Made by a program: the position numbers and the translations under genes. Of a stretch of 64,000 bases of DNA, positions 1 to 8,449 are shown in pieces. Source of the stretch: a virus. Where the stretch lies: positions 17,265-81,264 of IMG/VR virus record IMGVR_UViG_3300032011_003203, one strand, 5' to 3'. Position 1 is the first letter of the stretch. Each line of letters opens with the position of its first letter. Below the pieces are notes generated by a model. The model was not told where the DNA came from. It made no database searches and saw only the letters and a list, made by a program, of their open reading frames with translations.

Positions 1-3
1 GAG

Positions 4-471
4 TTGATTAGAGTTTTAGATGGAGATACAATCGATTGTTGGATTGATTTGGGTTTCAATTTAAAAGTTAAAAAAAGAATTAGGTATATGGGTATTGATA
101 CTTGGGAAAGTAGAACTCGTGACCTTGAAGAAAAAGCAAAAGGTTTAGAAGCAAAAGCTCGTAATAAAGCATTATTAGAGGCTGGAGTTTTTAAATGTAT
201 TTCACACGGAACTGGTAAGTTCGGTAGAGTGTTAGGTGAAGTTTTTGTATCACCTGAAGTAGTTGGTGAACATATACAAGAGTGTATTGCAAACAACGAC
301 CACGATATTGATTTATCACACGATGGTTGGGTAAGTGTAAATGATATTCTTATTGAAGAAGGTCATGCTTATGATTATCAAGGTGGGAAGAAAAAGGATT
401 TTAAAGCAGAAGCTAAAAAAGAAATAAATGAAGAAAAAGCAAAAGCAGAGGACAACAAAAGAGACATATAA
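4..471 (+). CDS. Staphylococcal-nuclease (SNase/thermonuclease)-like protein, probably 5'-truncated by the window
   Basis: RVLDGDTID, IRYMGIDTWE and GKFGRVLG motifs typical of the SNase fold. Confidence 0.8.
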   Translation: MIRVLDGDTIDCWIDLGFNLKVKKRIRYMGIDTWESRTRDLEEKAKGLEAKARNKALLEAGVFKCISHGTGKFGRVLGEVFVSPEVVGEHIQECIANNDHDIDLSHDGWVSVNDILIEEGHAYDYQGGKKKDFKAEAKKEINEEKAKAEDNKRDI

Positions 472-538
472 AATTGTTGTACCTTATGCTGTAGAAACAA
501 CAACAATGAGTTATAAACAAATAAGCTGGAGTCGTTAA

Positions 539-826
539 ATGGAAGAAACACGATTTATATACTTTACTGCAAAATGGTGTGGGCCATGTCAAACATTTAA
601 ACCTATAATGGAAGGTCTTGAACAAGAAGGCTATCCAATATATTTTCAAGATATTGACGATGACCCTATACTTGCAGAATCGTATCAAATTAAATCAGTA
701 CCTACAATTAAAATTGTGCAAGGTGATAAGGTATTAGAAACTATGGTTGGGATACAAGACCCAAACATTATGGTTGGTAAGTTCCAATTATATGCACCAT
801 TAGATTTTGATTCTGATGAGAGTTAA
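539..826 (+). CDS. Thioredoxin
   Basis: FTAKWCGPC active site and IKSVPT cis-Pro loop; GGAG RBS upstream. Confidence 0.92.
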   Translation: MEETRFIYFTAKWCGPCQTFKPIMEGLEQEGYPIYFQDIDDDPILAESYQIKSVPTIKIVQGDKVLETMVGIQDPNIMVGKFQLYAPLDFDSDES

Positions 827-995
827 AGTAGCATTTGATTATCCTACTATTGAGGGTATGATTTATAAAGATACTATTATAGTATGTGAAGAATCAGAAT
901 TTAATAGTAGGGTACACGATGAAAAAGTAAAAGGTAAGATGGATACTGGTAAGATAGTATGGATACCCAAAAAGTTATTAGCGAGTGGAACATAA
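816..995 (+). CDS. Hypothetical protein
   Basis: Small ORF overlapping both neighbours; ATG at 816 preferred to TTG at 807. Confidence 0.55.
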   Translation: MRVKVAFDYPTIEGMIYKDTIIVCEESEFNSRVHDEKVKGKMDTGKIVWIPKKLLASGT

Positions 996-1554
996 AAATT
1001 TAAATAAAGTATTTGTACCATTTATAGAACTACTTAAATCTCACCACCTAATTACATTGCCGTGGATGAGAACACCATACTTTTATTTTGCTGGTGGGTG
1101 TATTCGAGATACATTTGGTAATAGTAATATAAATGATTTTGATTTATATGTAACGCAAGAATCAGATTTAGATAATCTAATCACTATATTAAAAGAACTT
1201 GGATTTGTAGAATTTTATAGAACTGAATTTAGTGCTAAGTATAGATTCTTAAATTCATATGTGGATATTAGTTTGATTAACTTTTACACTCCAGAAGATT
1301 TATTTAAGACCTATGAATATACTATTAATTGTGTAGCATTAGATTCGGATTATAATTTATATTATCATAAAAACTTTTTAAGTGATTTAGAAAAAAGAAC
1401 ATTGGTTAGAGTTGAGCACGAGAATGAATGGTTCAATTCAGATGAGGGTATCTTATCATTATCATACAGAGAAATGAAGTTTTTAAATCGTGGATATACT
1501 ATTGATGATAGTAAGATTGATAAATTAGATATGAAAAAAATTAATATAAAATAG
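985..1554 (+). CDS. Nucleotidyltransferase (tRNA nucleotidyltransferase/poly(A) polymerase head-domain-like)
   Basis: AGGCIRD..NDFDLY (GG.RD..DxD) signature and YTINCVA motif. Confidence 0.75.
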   Translation: MEHKNLNKVFVPFIELLKSHHLITLPWMRTPYFYFAGGCIRDTFGNSNINDFDLYVTQESDLDNLITILKELGFVEFYRTEFSAKYRFLNSYVDISLINFYTPEDLFKTYEYTINCVALDSDYNLYYHKNFLSDLEKRTLVRVEHENEWFNSDEGILSLSYREMKFLNRGYTIDDSKIDKLDMKKINIK

Positions 1555-1575
1555 TGGTTTTTAACTATAAACCTT

Positions 1576-1584
1576 ATATTTATA
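1576..1584 (+). promoter_or_regulatory. Putative phage promoter motif ATA(T/C)TTAT(A/T)
   Basis: Same 9-mer precedes at least 11 plus-strand gene starts and both minus-strand genes, in sense orientation. Confidence 0.6.
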
Positions 1585-1694
1585 TACAGAAGTAAATTTC
1601 AACGCTCGTAAGAGGTTGATTATAAAGATAGATTATTGATGTCGAAAGAATCAATATTCAGTTAGACAAACAAGTTAACAACAGGAGAAAACAA

Positions 1695-2168
1695 ATGACT
1701 AAAGTTATCTTTAATAAAGGTATTCCTATCATCGATAGGGATAATTTCTTAACACCATTCGATAGATTATTCGACCAAATGGTATCACAACAATTTCCAG
1801 AAATTGAAAAACAAGTAGGGGTAAAACCATATCAAGGTACTGCATATCCAAAAGTAAATGTATATGAGTATGATGATAAGGTTGGTATCCTTGCAGAGAT
1901 TCCAGGTCTTGATAAAAAGGATTTATCAATAGATGTGGAAGAAGGTGTATTAACAATCGCTGGAAACAAACACGGACTGTTTGATGATAAGGGTGCAAAA
2001 GTAATTCGTAAAGAATTAAAACATTCTTCATTCTCAAGACAATTCGAATTGGGTGAATTACTAAATGGAGATAAAATAAAAGCAACATTTAAAGATGGAT
2101 TGCTTTCTATTGATATTCCTAAAGTAGAACCGAAGAAACCGAAAAAAACCGCTGTCAAAATTTCCTAA
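1695..2168 (+). CDS. Small heat-shock protein Hsp20 (alpha-crystallin domain)
   Basis: PKVNVYE, AEIPGLDK, FSRQFEL, ATFKDGLLSIDIPK motifs; AGGAG RBS. Confidence 0.93.
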   Translation: MTKVIFNKGIPIIDRDNFLTPFDRLFDQMVSQQFPEIEKQVGVKPYQGTAYPKVNVYEYDDKVGILAEIPGLDKKDLSIDVEEGVLTIAGNKHGLFDDKGAKVIRKELKHSSFSRQFELGELLNGDKIKATFKDGLLSIDIPKVEPKKPKKTAVKIS

Positions 2169-2358
2169 TATAATAGATGTAGGAAACGACAGGTATGTTG
2201 TTCTTGGAACGGCAAAGGTTGACTCTGGTTATTCTCCCGAAGAACTCAAGTCTCAGTATGGGTACGCCGATGCCGTTCTAAGGAACGGAGAAGTTTATTA
2301 TATCTGCTATAAAATAATAGAAGCAGAATTTGAAGAATTGAATCAAGAAACAGAATAG
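2152..2358 (+). CDS. Hypothetical 68-aa protein with putative CTG start (not in ORF track)
   Basis: Open frame (L)SKFPNIIDVGNDRYVVLGT...EFEELNQETE fills the gap between hsp20 and the structured RNA. Confidence 0.5.
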   Translation: MSKFPNIIDVGNDRYVVLGTAKVDSGYSPEELKSQYGYADAVLRNGEVYYICYKIIEAEFEELNQETE

Positions 2359-2359
2359 A

Positions 2360-2574
2360 GTCGTGATTTCTTGTTACCACTTCGGTGGGTTGTTGTTTTC
2401 GGATATGGAGTGAAAGGTTTGGATGAGCGACCAAACAGAAGTCCTAACTAAAAGGACATAGAGTAATATCAGTTAGGCTGGGTTGTAGACCAGAGGATAT
2501 TGCTTACCAGTAGTCTGGTACAAGTATCACTTTTGATATAGCAATTGTGAGAAGATATTGAAATAATTGACGAC
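2360..2574 (+). ncRNA. Unidentified multi-hairpin structured RNA (~215 nt)
   Basis: Ends pair (GTCGT/ACGAC). Internal hairpins CCAC-TTCG-GTGG, GTTTGG..CCAAAC, GTCCT..AGGAC, GAGTAATATC..GATATTGCTT, TACCAG..CTGGTA, TATCA..TGATA. GC-richer than flanks; strand inferred from the cUUCGg loop and G-U pairs. Confidence 0.6.
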
Positions 2575-2604
2575 ATACTACGCTAATTTGATACTTATTA
2601 CTAT

Positions 2605-3132
2605 ATGAATCTTAAACAGATTAAACAAAGAAAAGTAAGACAGAAACTTGCTTGGTTACAATCCGAATTAGAAGAAACAAAAATCATTTATAAAGATTGT
2701 ATAGAAAAGTTCAATACAGATTTCAGAAATTATCTGATGGGTAATGATGCACCAATTGAGGCTGCACCAAAAATAACCAAAGACCCACTTGATGAAATTC
2801 AATCTGATGTTGATGAGGATACATTTAAACAAGTGTATCGTAAGGTTGCAGGAAAGACACATCCAGATAAGGGTGGGGATTCAGATAAGTTTAAGGTAGC
2901 AAATGAGGCTAATAAAAATAAAGATTTTGGTAAGTTGTTAGATATGGCAGATGAATTAGGAGTTGAAGTTCCTATGGATGATAAGTTAAAATTTCAAATG
3001 GAACAACAAATAAAAGCAGTATCAGATAATATAACCAATATGAAATCCACGATGGCGTGGGTTTGGGTTCACATTGAACCAGATTCAAAAGATAATATGA
3101 AACAATATATTCTACAACAATTGAATATATAA
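2605..3132 (+). CDS. J-domain (DnaJ-like) protein
   Basis: FKQVYRKVAGKTHPDKGGDSDKFK with HPD motif. Confidence 0.8.
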   Translation: MNLKQIKQRKVRQKLAWLQSELEETKIIYKDCIEKFNTDFRNYLMGNDAPIEAAPKITKDPLDEIQSDVDEDTFKQVYRKVAGKTHPDKGGDSDKFKVANEANKNKDFGKLLDMADELGVEVPMDDKLKFQMEQQIKAVSDNITNMKSTMAWVWVHIEPDSKDNMKQYILQQLNI

Positions 3133-3164
3133 CATATTTATAACTAATACAAAGAGGTCATACT

Positions 3165-3350
3165 ATGAGAAGAAAAAATGAAGTACTCGATAAGATAAAT
3201 TATATCAAAGACGAAGTGGATAGATTACACGAAAGAACACCTGAAGATACAGGTGATGCTCGTTTTGATTTAATCTTACGAATTGTAAGAGGATTAAAAT
3301 CACAGGTAGAGGGTTTAGAAAATCTTGTTGAGTTAGAAGAAGAAGATTAA
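3165..3350 (+). CDS. Hypothetical protein
   Basis: GAGG RBS and promoter motif at 3134. Confidence 0.6.
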   Translation: MRRKNEVLDKINYIKDEVDRLHERTPEDTGDARFDLILRIVRGLKSQVEGLENLVELEEED

Positions 3351-3363
3351 ATAGGAGAACACA

Positions 3364-4311
3364 TTGGAACGCTCAAAGAATTTCCATATATGGTTGGGAA
3401 TCTCAGCATTACTTATTGCAGGTAGTGCAGGATTCTTTTCCGTATTTGGACTAAGTAAATTATTTAGTGGTGCAGCATTAAGTGTTGTGGTAATGGCAAG
3501 TGCATTGGAACTTGGTAAATTAGTTACTGCTGCATTCGTATATCGATATTGGAATATGATTAGTTGGTTTCAACGAATATATTTAAGTACCGCAGTAGTA
3601 GTATTAATTGCTATTACATCTGCTGGTATATTTGGTTATCTAAGTAATGCTTATCAAGGAGCGACTGTTGAGTTCGAAAAAGAATCTACTGCTTTATTAT
3701 ATAAGGAAGATAGATTAGACCAGTTAAAAGAGGATAAGATATTTTTAACTGAAGAGTTAGAGGTAGCAATAACAGAACTACCTGATAACTATCTTACAGC
3801 GAAGAGAAAACTTCGTGAGGAATATCAACCACAGATATCAGATATCAATAAACAAATGTTAGATTTAAAAGGTGAGATAGGGGAATTAAAAATTGCCCTG
3901 GTGGAAACTGGAGTGGATGTTGGGCCAGCAATATATCTGGCTCGAACATTCGATACTGATGTAGATTCGGTTGTGAAGTTTTTTATCTTTATTTTAATAT
4001 TTGTCTTTGACCCATTAGCTGTTATGCTTGTTATAGCATTTAATCAAGCGATAATACTTAGGGAAGAAGAAACCCAGCCAAAAAGTGGTAAGCAAAAAAG
4101 CTTGCTTACCAAGAAAGCAAAATCGTGGTGGAAGTTTTGGGAAATGTATGGTGAAGATGGAAAAGAAAAAACTCAAACAGAACATTGGAAAGATATATAC
4201 AATGAACCAATTGAAATAGAACCTGATATTGAGGATATACCAGAGATTGAAGAAGAAAAAACTTCAGAGAAAAAAAGCAGAAACCCGTTAAGAGGTGGAG
4301 TTCGAACATAG
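3364..4311 (+). CDS. Membrane protein with coiled coil
   Basis: Three N-terminal hydrophobic helices, a coiled coil and a further TM helix (FIFILIFVFDPLAV). Confidence 0.7.
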   Translation: MERSKNFHIWLGISALLIAGSAGFFSVFGLSKLFSGAALSVVVMASALELGKLVTAAFVYRYWNMISWFQRIYLSTAVVVLIAITSAGIFGYLSNAYQGATVEFEKESTALLYKEDRLDQLKEDKIFLTEELEVAITELPDNYLTAKRKLREEYQPQISDINKQMLDLKGEIGELKIALVETGVDVGPAIYLARTFDTDVDSVVKFFIFILIFVFDPLAVMLVIAFNQAIILREEETQPKSGKQKSLLTKKAKSWWKFWEMYGEDGKEKTQTEHWKDIYNEPIEIEPDIEDIPEIEEEKTSEKKSRNPLRGGVRT

Positions 4312-4377
4312 TATATATTATATTTATTAGTAAGAACCCGCGGTTAACATTTAATAAACAATAATGGGAGTGTTACT

Positions 4378-5211
4378 ATGAGTAGAAAAGCAAAAGTAGA
4401 AACGATTACAAAGGTTGTATCTAATCAAGAATGTCAAAACAAACGACAAGCTCTATCACAAATGAAACGAATTAGATGGGGTATAGATTTCAAAAATAAT
4501 AACCAAAAGAAATTTTGGGATAATATTGTATCTAATACTATTAATTTTTGTATAGGTCCTGCAGGATGTGGTAAAACATATATTGCAACATATTGGGCAT
4601 TACAACATTTGGTTGATAAACATTCAAAGTATGATGGTATCATTATAACGAAACCTTTAGTTGAGGTTGATGGTGAGAGAATGGGATATTTGCCAGGTAG
4701 TATAGATGAGAAAACAGAACCATTTATGCAATCAGTATATTATAATATGGAACAGATTATTGGTAAACAAAGAATGGAAGTTCTGAGAGCAGCAGGATTG
4801 ATTAAAGTAGTACCTTTAGCATATATGCGTGGTTTAACATTACAGAATAAAATTGTAATGTTAGATGAAGCACAAAACGCAACGATACCACAAATTAAAA
4901 CTTTCTTAACGAGAATTGGAATGGGTTCTAAATATATCGTTAGTGGAGATTTAATGCAAAGTGATTTAAAAGGAAACGGGCCTAATGCATTAGAAGATAG
5001 TATCAGAAGATTTACTGGTCTATATGGTGTAGGGTTTAGTAAGTTTGAAATGACAGATGTTGTTAGACATCCAATTGTTGCAGAACTATTATCAAGATAT
5101 GAAAGTAAATTTACTTTATCTGATAAATCAGCTGAAGTAACATTAAGTGAATGGTTAAATCATCCAACATTTGAACATCCAAAATACTCAAATTATTGGG
5201 ATAAAAATTAA
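4378..5211 (+). CDS. phoH: PhoH-family ATPase
   Basis: GPAGCGKT Walker A, GYLPG, AYMRGLT, LDEAQN, TRIG, GDLMQSD, DVVRHPIV. Confidence 0.95.
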   Translation: MSRKAKVETITKVVSNQECQNKRQALSQMKRIRWGIDFKNNNQKKFWDNIVSNTINFCIGPAGCGKTYIATYWALQHLVDKHSKYDGIIITKPLVEVDGERMGYLPGSIDEKTEPFMQSVYYNMEQIIGKQRMEVLRAAGLIKVVPLAYMRGLTLQNKIVMLDEAQNATIPQIKTFLTRIGMGSKYIVSGDLMQSDLKGNGPNALEDSIRRFTGLYGVGFSKFEMTDVVRHPIVAELLSRYESKFTLSDKSAEVTLSEWLNHPTFEHPKYSNYWDKN

Positions 5212-5224
5212 TTTAAAAAAACAC

Positions 5225-5254
5225 TTGACTTGTATAGTAAAAAAGCCTTATATT
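5225..5254 (+). promoter_or_regulatory. Sigma70-type early promoter TTGACT-N18-TATATT
   Basis: One of four copies with identical spacing; almost identical to the copy at 17628. Confidence 0.75.
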
Positions 5255-5280
5255 CATATATGATGAATAAGGAAAAAACA

Positions 5281-5790
5281 ATGAACAAGAAAACAGTCAT
5301 ATTTGATTTAGACGGTACTCTTGCTGATATCGATATTAGGAGAGATAATTCCACTAAAGCAAATGGTAAATTAAATTGGGATATATTCGCTGCACCTGAT
5401 TCTATTCTTCATTGGGATAAACCAAATGAACCAGTAATTAAGATGGCACAAATGTTCCACGCTGATGGATTCAAAATTGTTATCTTTTCAGGTAGGAATG
5501 ATAGAGGTTTCTTCGCCACCAAAGAATGGTTACAGAAACACGATGTACCCTTTGACCTTTTGGTTCTTAGACCAGATAAGTTTCAAGATAAGTCTTGGCC
5601 GATTGCTAATGGTAATCCAGCCACTTTCGATATGAGGTTTATGCCAGATGAGATTCTCAAGAAAGAAATGTTAGATACTTTCGTAGATATCGATGATGTC
5701 TTTCTTGTAGTTGACGATAGAGATAAGGTTGTAAAGATGTGGAGAGATTTAGGATTAAATACTTTTCAAGTTGCTCCAGGAGATTTTTAA
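5281..5790 (+). CDS. HAD-family phosphatase (T4 PNK/PseT 3'-phosphatase-like)
   Basis: IFDLDGTLA, FSGR, VVDDRDKVVKMWR...FQVAPGDF. Start moved downstream because the track TTG is the promoter -35 box. Confidence 0.85.
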   Translation: MNKKTVIFDLDGTLADIDIRRDNSTKANGKLNWDIFAAPDSILHWDKPNEPVIKMAQMFHADGFKIVIFSGRNDRGFFATKEWLQKHDVPFDLLVLRPDKFQDKSWPIANGNPATFDMRFMPDEILKKEMLDTFVDIDDVFLVVDDRDKVVKMWRDLGLNTFQVAPGDF

Positions 5791-5791
5791 G

Positions 5792-5911
5792 TTGAGTGAG
5801 GTAACTAAAAAAGTTTGTCCGCGGTGTAAAAAGAAACATACTGATGAGATGATACAACATCCAAAACATTGTTTCAAATGTGTTTTAGCAATACATTGTG
5901 GAGAAACATAA
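5792..5911 (+). CDS. Small Cys/His-rich (zinc-binding) peptide
   Basis: 39 aa with CPRC and HCFKC..HC, between adjacent genes. Confidence 0.4.
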   Translation: MSEVTKKVCPRCKKKHTDEMIQHPKHCFKCVLAIHCGET

Positions 5912-6113
5912 GATGTGGTATAAGATAAACGCTAAGGACATGTCGACTGGTAAACCAGATGGGATAGTTATTACATTTTCTATTTGGGCTGATGATGAAA
6001 AAAAACTCAATAATATATTAGCTGATAAAAATTGTGTTGATATAAAAATATTAGCATCAACAGAAGAAGAGTGGACACCTGAATGGGCTAAATCGGTTGA
6101 TGAAAATAAATGA
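5898..6113 (+). CDS. Hypothetical protein
   Basis: ORF track; start may be ATG 5913 after GGAG. Confidence 0.55.
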   Translation: MEKHKMWYKINAKDMSTGKPDGIVITFSIWADDEKKLNNILADKNCVDIKILASTEEEWTPEWAKSVDENK

Positions 6114-6122
6114 AAAAAACAC

Positions 6123-6152
6123 TTGACTCTTTGGCTAGTTTATACTTATATT
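6123..6152 (+). promoter_or_regulatory. Sigma70-type early promoter TTGACT-N18-TATATT
   Basis: Preceded by an A-tract; ATG follows 9 nt after the -10 box (near-leaderless). Confidence 0.7.
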
Positions 6153-6160
6153 AAAGGCAT

Positions 6161-6433
6161 ATGAATAATCAAGAATTAATAGATTTGTTAGTAGAAAAAT
6201 TTGATGGTACAATTATCGATGATAATAATTGGGAACACTATTCCATCAAAGGTAAGAAGTATGATATTATGTTTGACCCATCACGAATCGAATGGAGTTG
6301 TGATTGCCCAGCATTTATATATCGTAGAAAATTTAAAAAGAAATATTGTAAACATATTATTGAGATACAGAATAAGAAATTACAACAACGAGTGGCACAA
6401 GCAGAAGGCCGTGCAGGTGCCAGAGTTGGTTAA
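6161..6433 (+). CDS. SWIM zinc-finger protein
   Basis: WSCDCPAF...YCKHI (CxC...CxH). Confidence 0.8.
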   Translation: MNNQELIDLLVEKFDGTIIDDNNWEHYSIKGKKYDIMFDPSRIEWSCDCPAFIYRRKFKKKYCKHIIEIQNKKLQQRVAQAEGRAGARVG

Positions 6434-6484
6434 TGGGGTGGATTGCAAATCCATTATTCGCAGGTTCGAATCCTGTCCTGCACT
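6411..6484 (+). tRNA. tRNA-Cys(GCA), CCA not encoded
   Basis: Acceptor GTGCAGG/CCTGCAC, anticodon arm GTGGA-TTGCAAA-TCCAT, T arm GCAGG-TTCGAAT-CCTGT, U73 discriminator typical of tRNA-Cys. Confidence 0.93.
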
Positions 6485-6494
6485 CAAAATTTAA

Positions 6495-6731
6495 ATGGAG
6501 ATAGGAATGACTATATCAGAATTGGTAATTCGATTAGAAGAAATCGAAAATGAAACGGATGGTAACCCGAAAGCGTTATGTTCGGAATTGATTGATGATT
6601 TGATAGAGATGGAAATTACTATGGATAAAGAACTAAGGAAATTTGCAAAAGAAAATAAATTTCAATCGGATGATATTATGATGAAGTTAATACTTGAGGG
6701 TATTAAGTCAGGTTCGGTTGGAGATGCGTAA
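6495..6731 (+). CDS. Hypothetical protein
   Basis: ORF track; collinear with neighbours. Confidence 0.55.
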   Translation: MEIGMTISELVIRLEEIENETDGNPKALCSELIDDLIEMEITMDKELRKFAKENKFQSDDIMMKLILEGIKSGSVGDA

Positions 6732-6756
6732 ACAAAAGAAAAAAAAGGAGTTACAA

Positions 6757-7209
6757 ATGGAATCTAATTTTGAAAAGAATGGTGGATACTTTATTGATGG
6801 AGTTGCCTATATGGATTGTAAAATCACAGGTCAACCAGTCAAGAATGTAAGTACCGATGCTACATCCGTTATAGGTGATAGGGCATTGATGGGTAGGTTA
6901 CATAAAATGTTTCCAGAAGAATTTAACAAAGCTACTAAACCAGCATACAAACCAACAGGTCGTCCAGCAGGATGGCATTGGATGGCTGAGTTTGTAGATA
7001 AAGATGGTAATGTATTTCATAAGGGTAAAGAGATGCCTAAGTTAAAGGGTACACTAAAACCTACTAAGGTGAAACCACCTAAGAAGAAAGTGAAACGAAG
7101 AACTCGTGATGAGATATTAGTCGCCAAACATAAAGAGAAACAAGCAGCTCTTAAAAAAGCAGCTAAGAAGCAACAAGATTTTCTTAACCATATAACTGAG
7201 GATAAATAG
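6757..7209 (+). CDS. Hypothetical basic protein
   Basis: AGGAG RBS before ATG 6757; GRPAGWHWMAEFVDKDGNVFHKG core and Lys-rich tail. Confidence 0.65.
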   Translation: MESNFEKNGGYFIDGVAYMDCKITGQPVKNVSTDATSVIGDRALMGRLHKMFPEEFNKATKPAYKPTGRPAGWHWMAEFVDKDGNVFHKGKEMPKLKGTLKPTKVKPPKKKVKRRTRDEILVAKHKEKQAALKKAAKKQQDFLNHITEDK

Positions 7210-7211
7210 TT

Positions 7212-7334
7212 ATGAGTAAAAAAACCAAAGGTCAATTTGGCCACTACAAAACTTTCACATTGAAAGATGGAACTAAATTTAAAGCAAAGGATGAATCCGA
7301 TGCTAAACTTTATAAAAAAAAGGTAGGTGAGTAG
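7212..7334 (+). CDS. Small hypothetical protein (40 aa)
   Basis: MSKKTKGQFGHYKTFTLKDGTKFKAKDESDAKLYKKKVGE fills the gap; GAGG upstream. Confidence 0.5.
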   Translation: MSKKTKGQFGHYKTFTLKDGTKFKAKDESDAKLYKKKVGE

Positions 7335-7528
7335 TGGGTAAGTTAGATACAATAGTAGATTCAGTAACTACCGCAGGTGATACTGATGATGGTTTTAAAG
7401 TGAGTGAGGTACTCAAAGGTGATACACGCTTAAAAGGTGAATCCTATGAGGATTTCAAGATTCGTAGGAAAGCTGAAAAGGGTTTAGTAAGAGATTATCT
7501 CAAAGGGAGATTTATACCTAATAAATGA
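7334..7528 (+). CDS. Hypothetical protein
   Basis: ORF track; stop/start coupled on both sides. Confidence 0.55.
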   Translation: MGKLDTIVDSVTTAGDTDDGFKVSEVLKGDTRLKGESYEDFKIRRKAEKGLVRDYLKGRFIPNK

Positions 7529-8151
7529 GACAAGTAATTAATTGTTTAAAACACGATAATCCAGTTATTAATAAAAAACTAAGAGAGGTTTCAGTTGAAG
7601 AGGGAATGGCTATTGCAACAGAACTATTTCAAATACTTAACCAAAGAGGGGACGGCATTGGGTTGGCAGCTAATCAAGTGGGAATTGATGCACAAGTGGC
7701 CGTTGTCAATGTTCGTGAACCTTTGGTTCTCATTAATCCAAAAATTATCTCAAAAGAAAATGAGTTAGATTTTTACGAGGGATGTTTATCTTATAAAGGC
7801 AAGGGTGTTCATACTAAACGATATGAAACAATACATGTCCAAACTGCACAAGAAGAGAGTGGTTGGATATTTAGTGGAACACCTAATGCAAGTGAGGGTA
7901 AAGGTAGTTGGGAAAAAAATGATAAGGATGAACAAGAATTAAGATTGTTAGAAACCATATGTGTTCAACACGAGATTGACCACTTGATGGGTAAAACAAT
8001 ATTTGATAGGGAATATAAACCAAAACCTATTATTAGTGAAAAGAAATTTGGAAGAAACGAACTTGTTACAATAAAAAGAAATGATGCCGTTAAGGTATTA
8101 AAGTACAAGAAAGCAAAATCATTTTTAGATGATGGTTGGGCAATTAATTAG
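7525..8151 (+). CDS. def: Peptide deformylase
   Basis: All three PDF motifs: GIGLAANQVG, EGCLS, QHEIDHL. Confidence 0.95.
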   Translation: MRQVINCLKHDNPVINKKLREVSVEEGMAIATELFQILNQRGDGIGLAANQVGIDAQVAVVNVREPLVLINPKIISKENELDFYEGCLSYKGKGVHTKRYETIHVQTAQEESGWIFSGTPNASEGKGSWEKNDKDEQELRLLETICVQHEIDHLMGKTIFDREYKPKPIISEKKFGRNELVTIKRNDAVKVLKYKKAKSFLDDGWAIN

Positions 8152-8167
8152 TTATGGAGAAAATAAT

Positions 8168-8449
8168 ATGAGATTAAACTTATATAACAGATTCCTAAAA
8201 TTTATGGGACACAAAGTTCCAGTTTGGGTAATCTTAGTAATAATGAATTTCTATTGGTTAACTACTTCAGTATATGATGTGGTAATTCAAAAAGGTTTTC
8301 AGATGGCAATAAACCAAATGGAGAACGGAGAATTAACAGTCTTAGAGGGAAGAGTTACACCAAGTGGGAGATTAAAAAGAATAGAGGAATTTTTAGGAAT
8401 GCCTCGTAATGTACAAACAGATAAACCAATCATAAGGAAGAAAAAGTAA
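8168..8449 (+). CDS. Single-pass membrane protein
   Basis: GGAG RBS before ATG 8168; hydrophobic VPVWVILVIMNFYWL. Confidence 0.55.
   Translation: MRLNLYNRFLKFMGHKVPVWVILVIMNFYWLTTSVYDVVIQKGFQMAINQMENGELTVLEGRVTPSGRLKRIEEFLGMPRNVQTDKPIIRKKK

Noticed and set aside
2360-2574. Structured RNA as RNase P RNA, 6S RNA or a group I intron
   Set aside because: GAAGTCC only loosely resembles the RNase P GGAAAGUCC element and the 3' P4 partner is missing; the fold is not a 6S-like rod; it does not interrupt a gene.
5230-5280. Track start codons at 5230, 15259 and 17628
   Set aside because: 5230 and 17628 fall in or on promoter -35 boxes. 15259 would bury the catalytic N-terminal Cys of the amidotransferase, whereas GTG 15277 gives MCGI.
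6201-6494. 97-aa ORF spanning the tRNA
   Set aside because: It overlaps both the SWIM gene and the whole tRNA-Cys and has no recognisable features.
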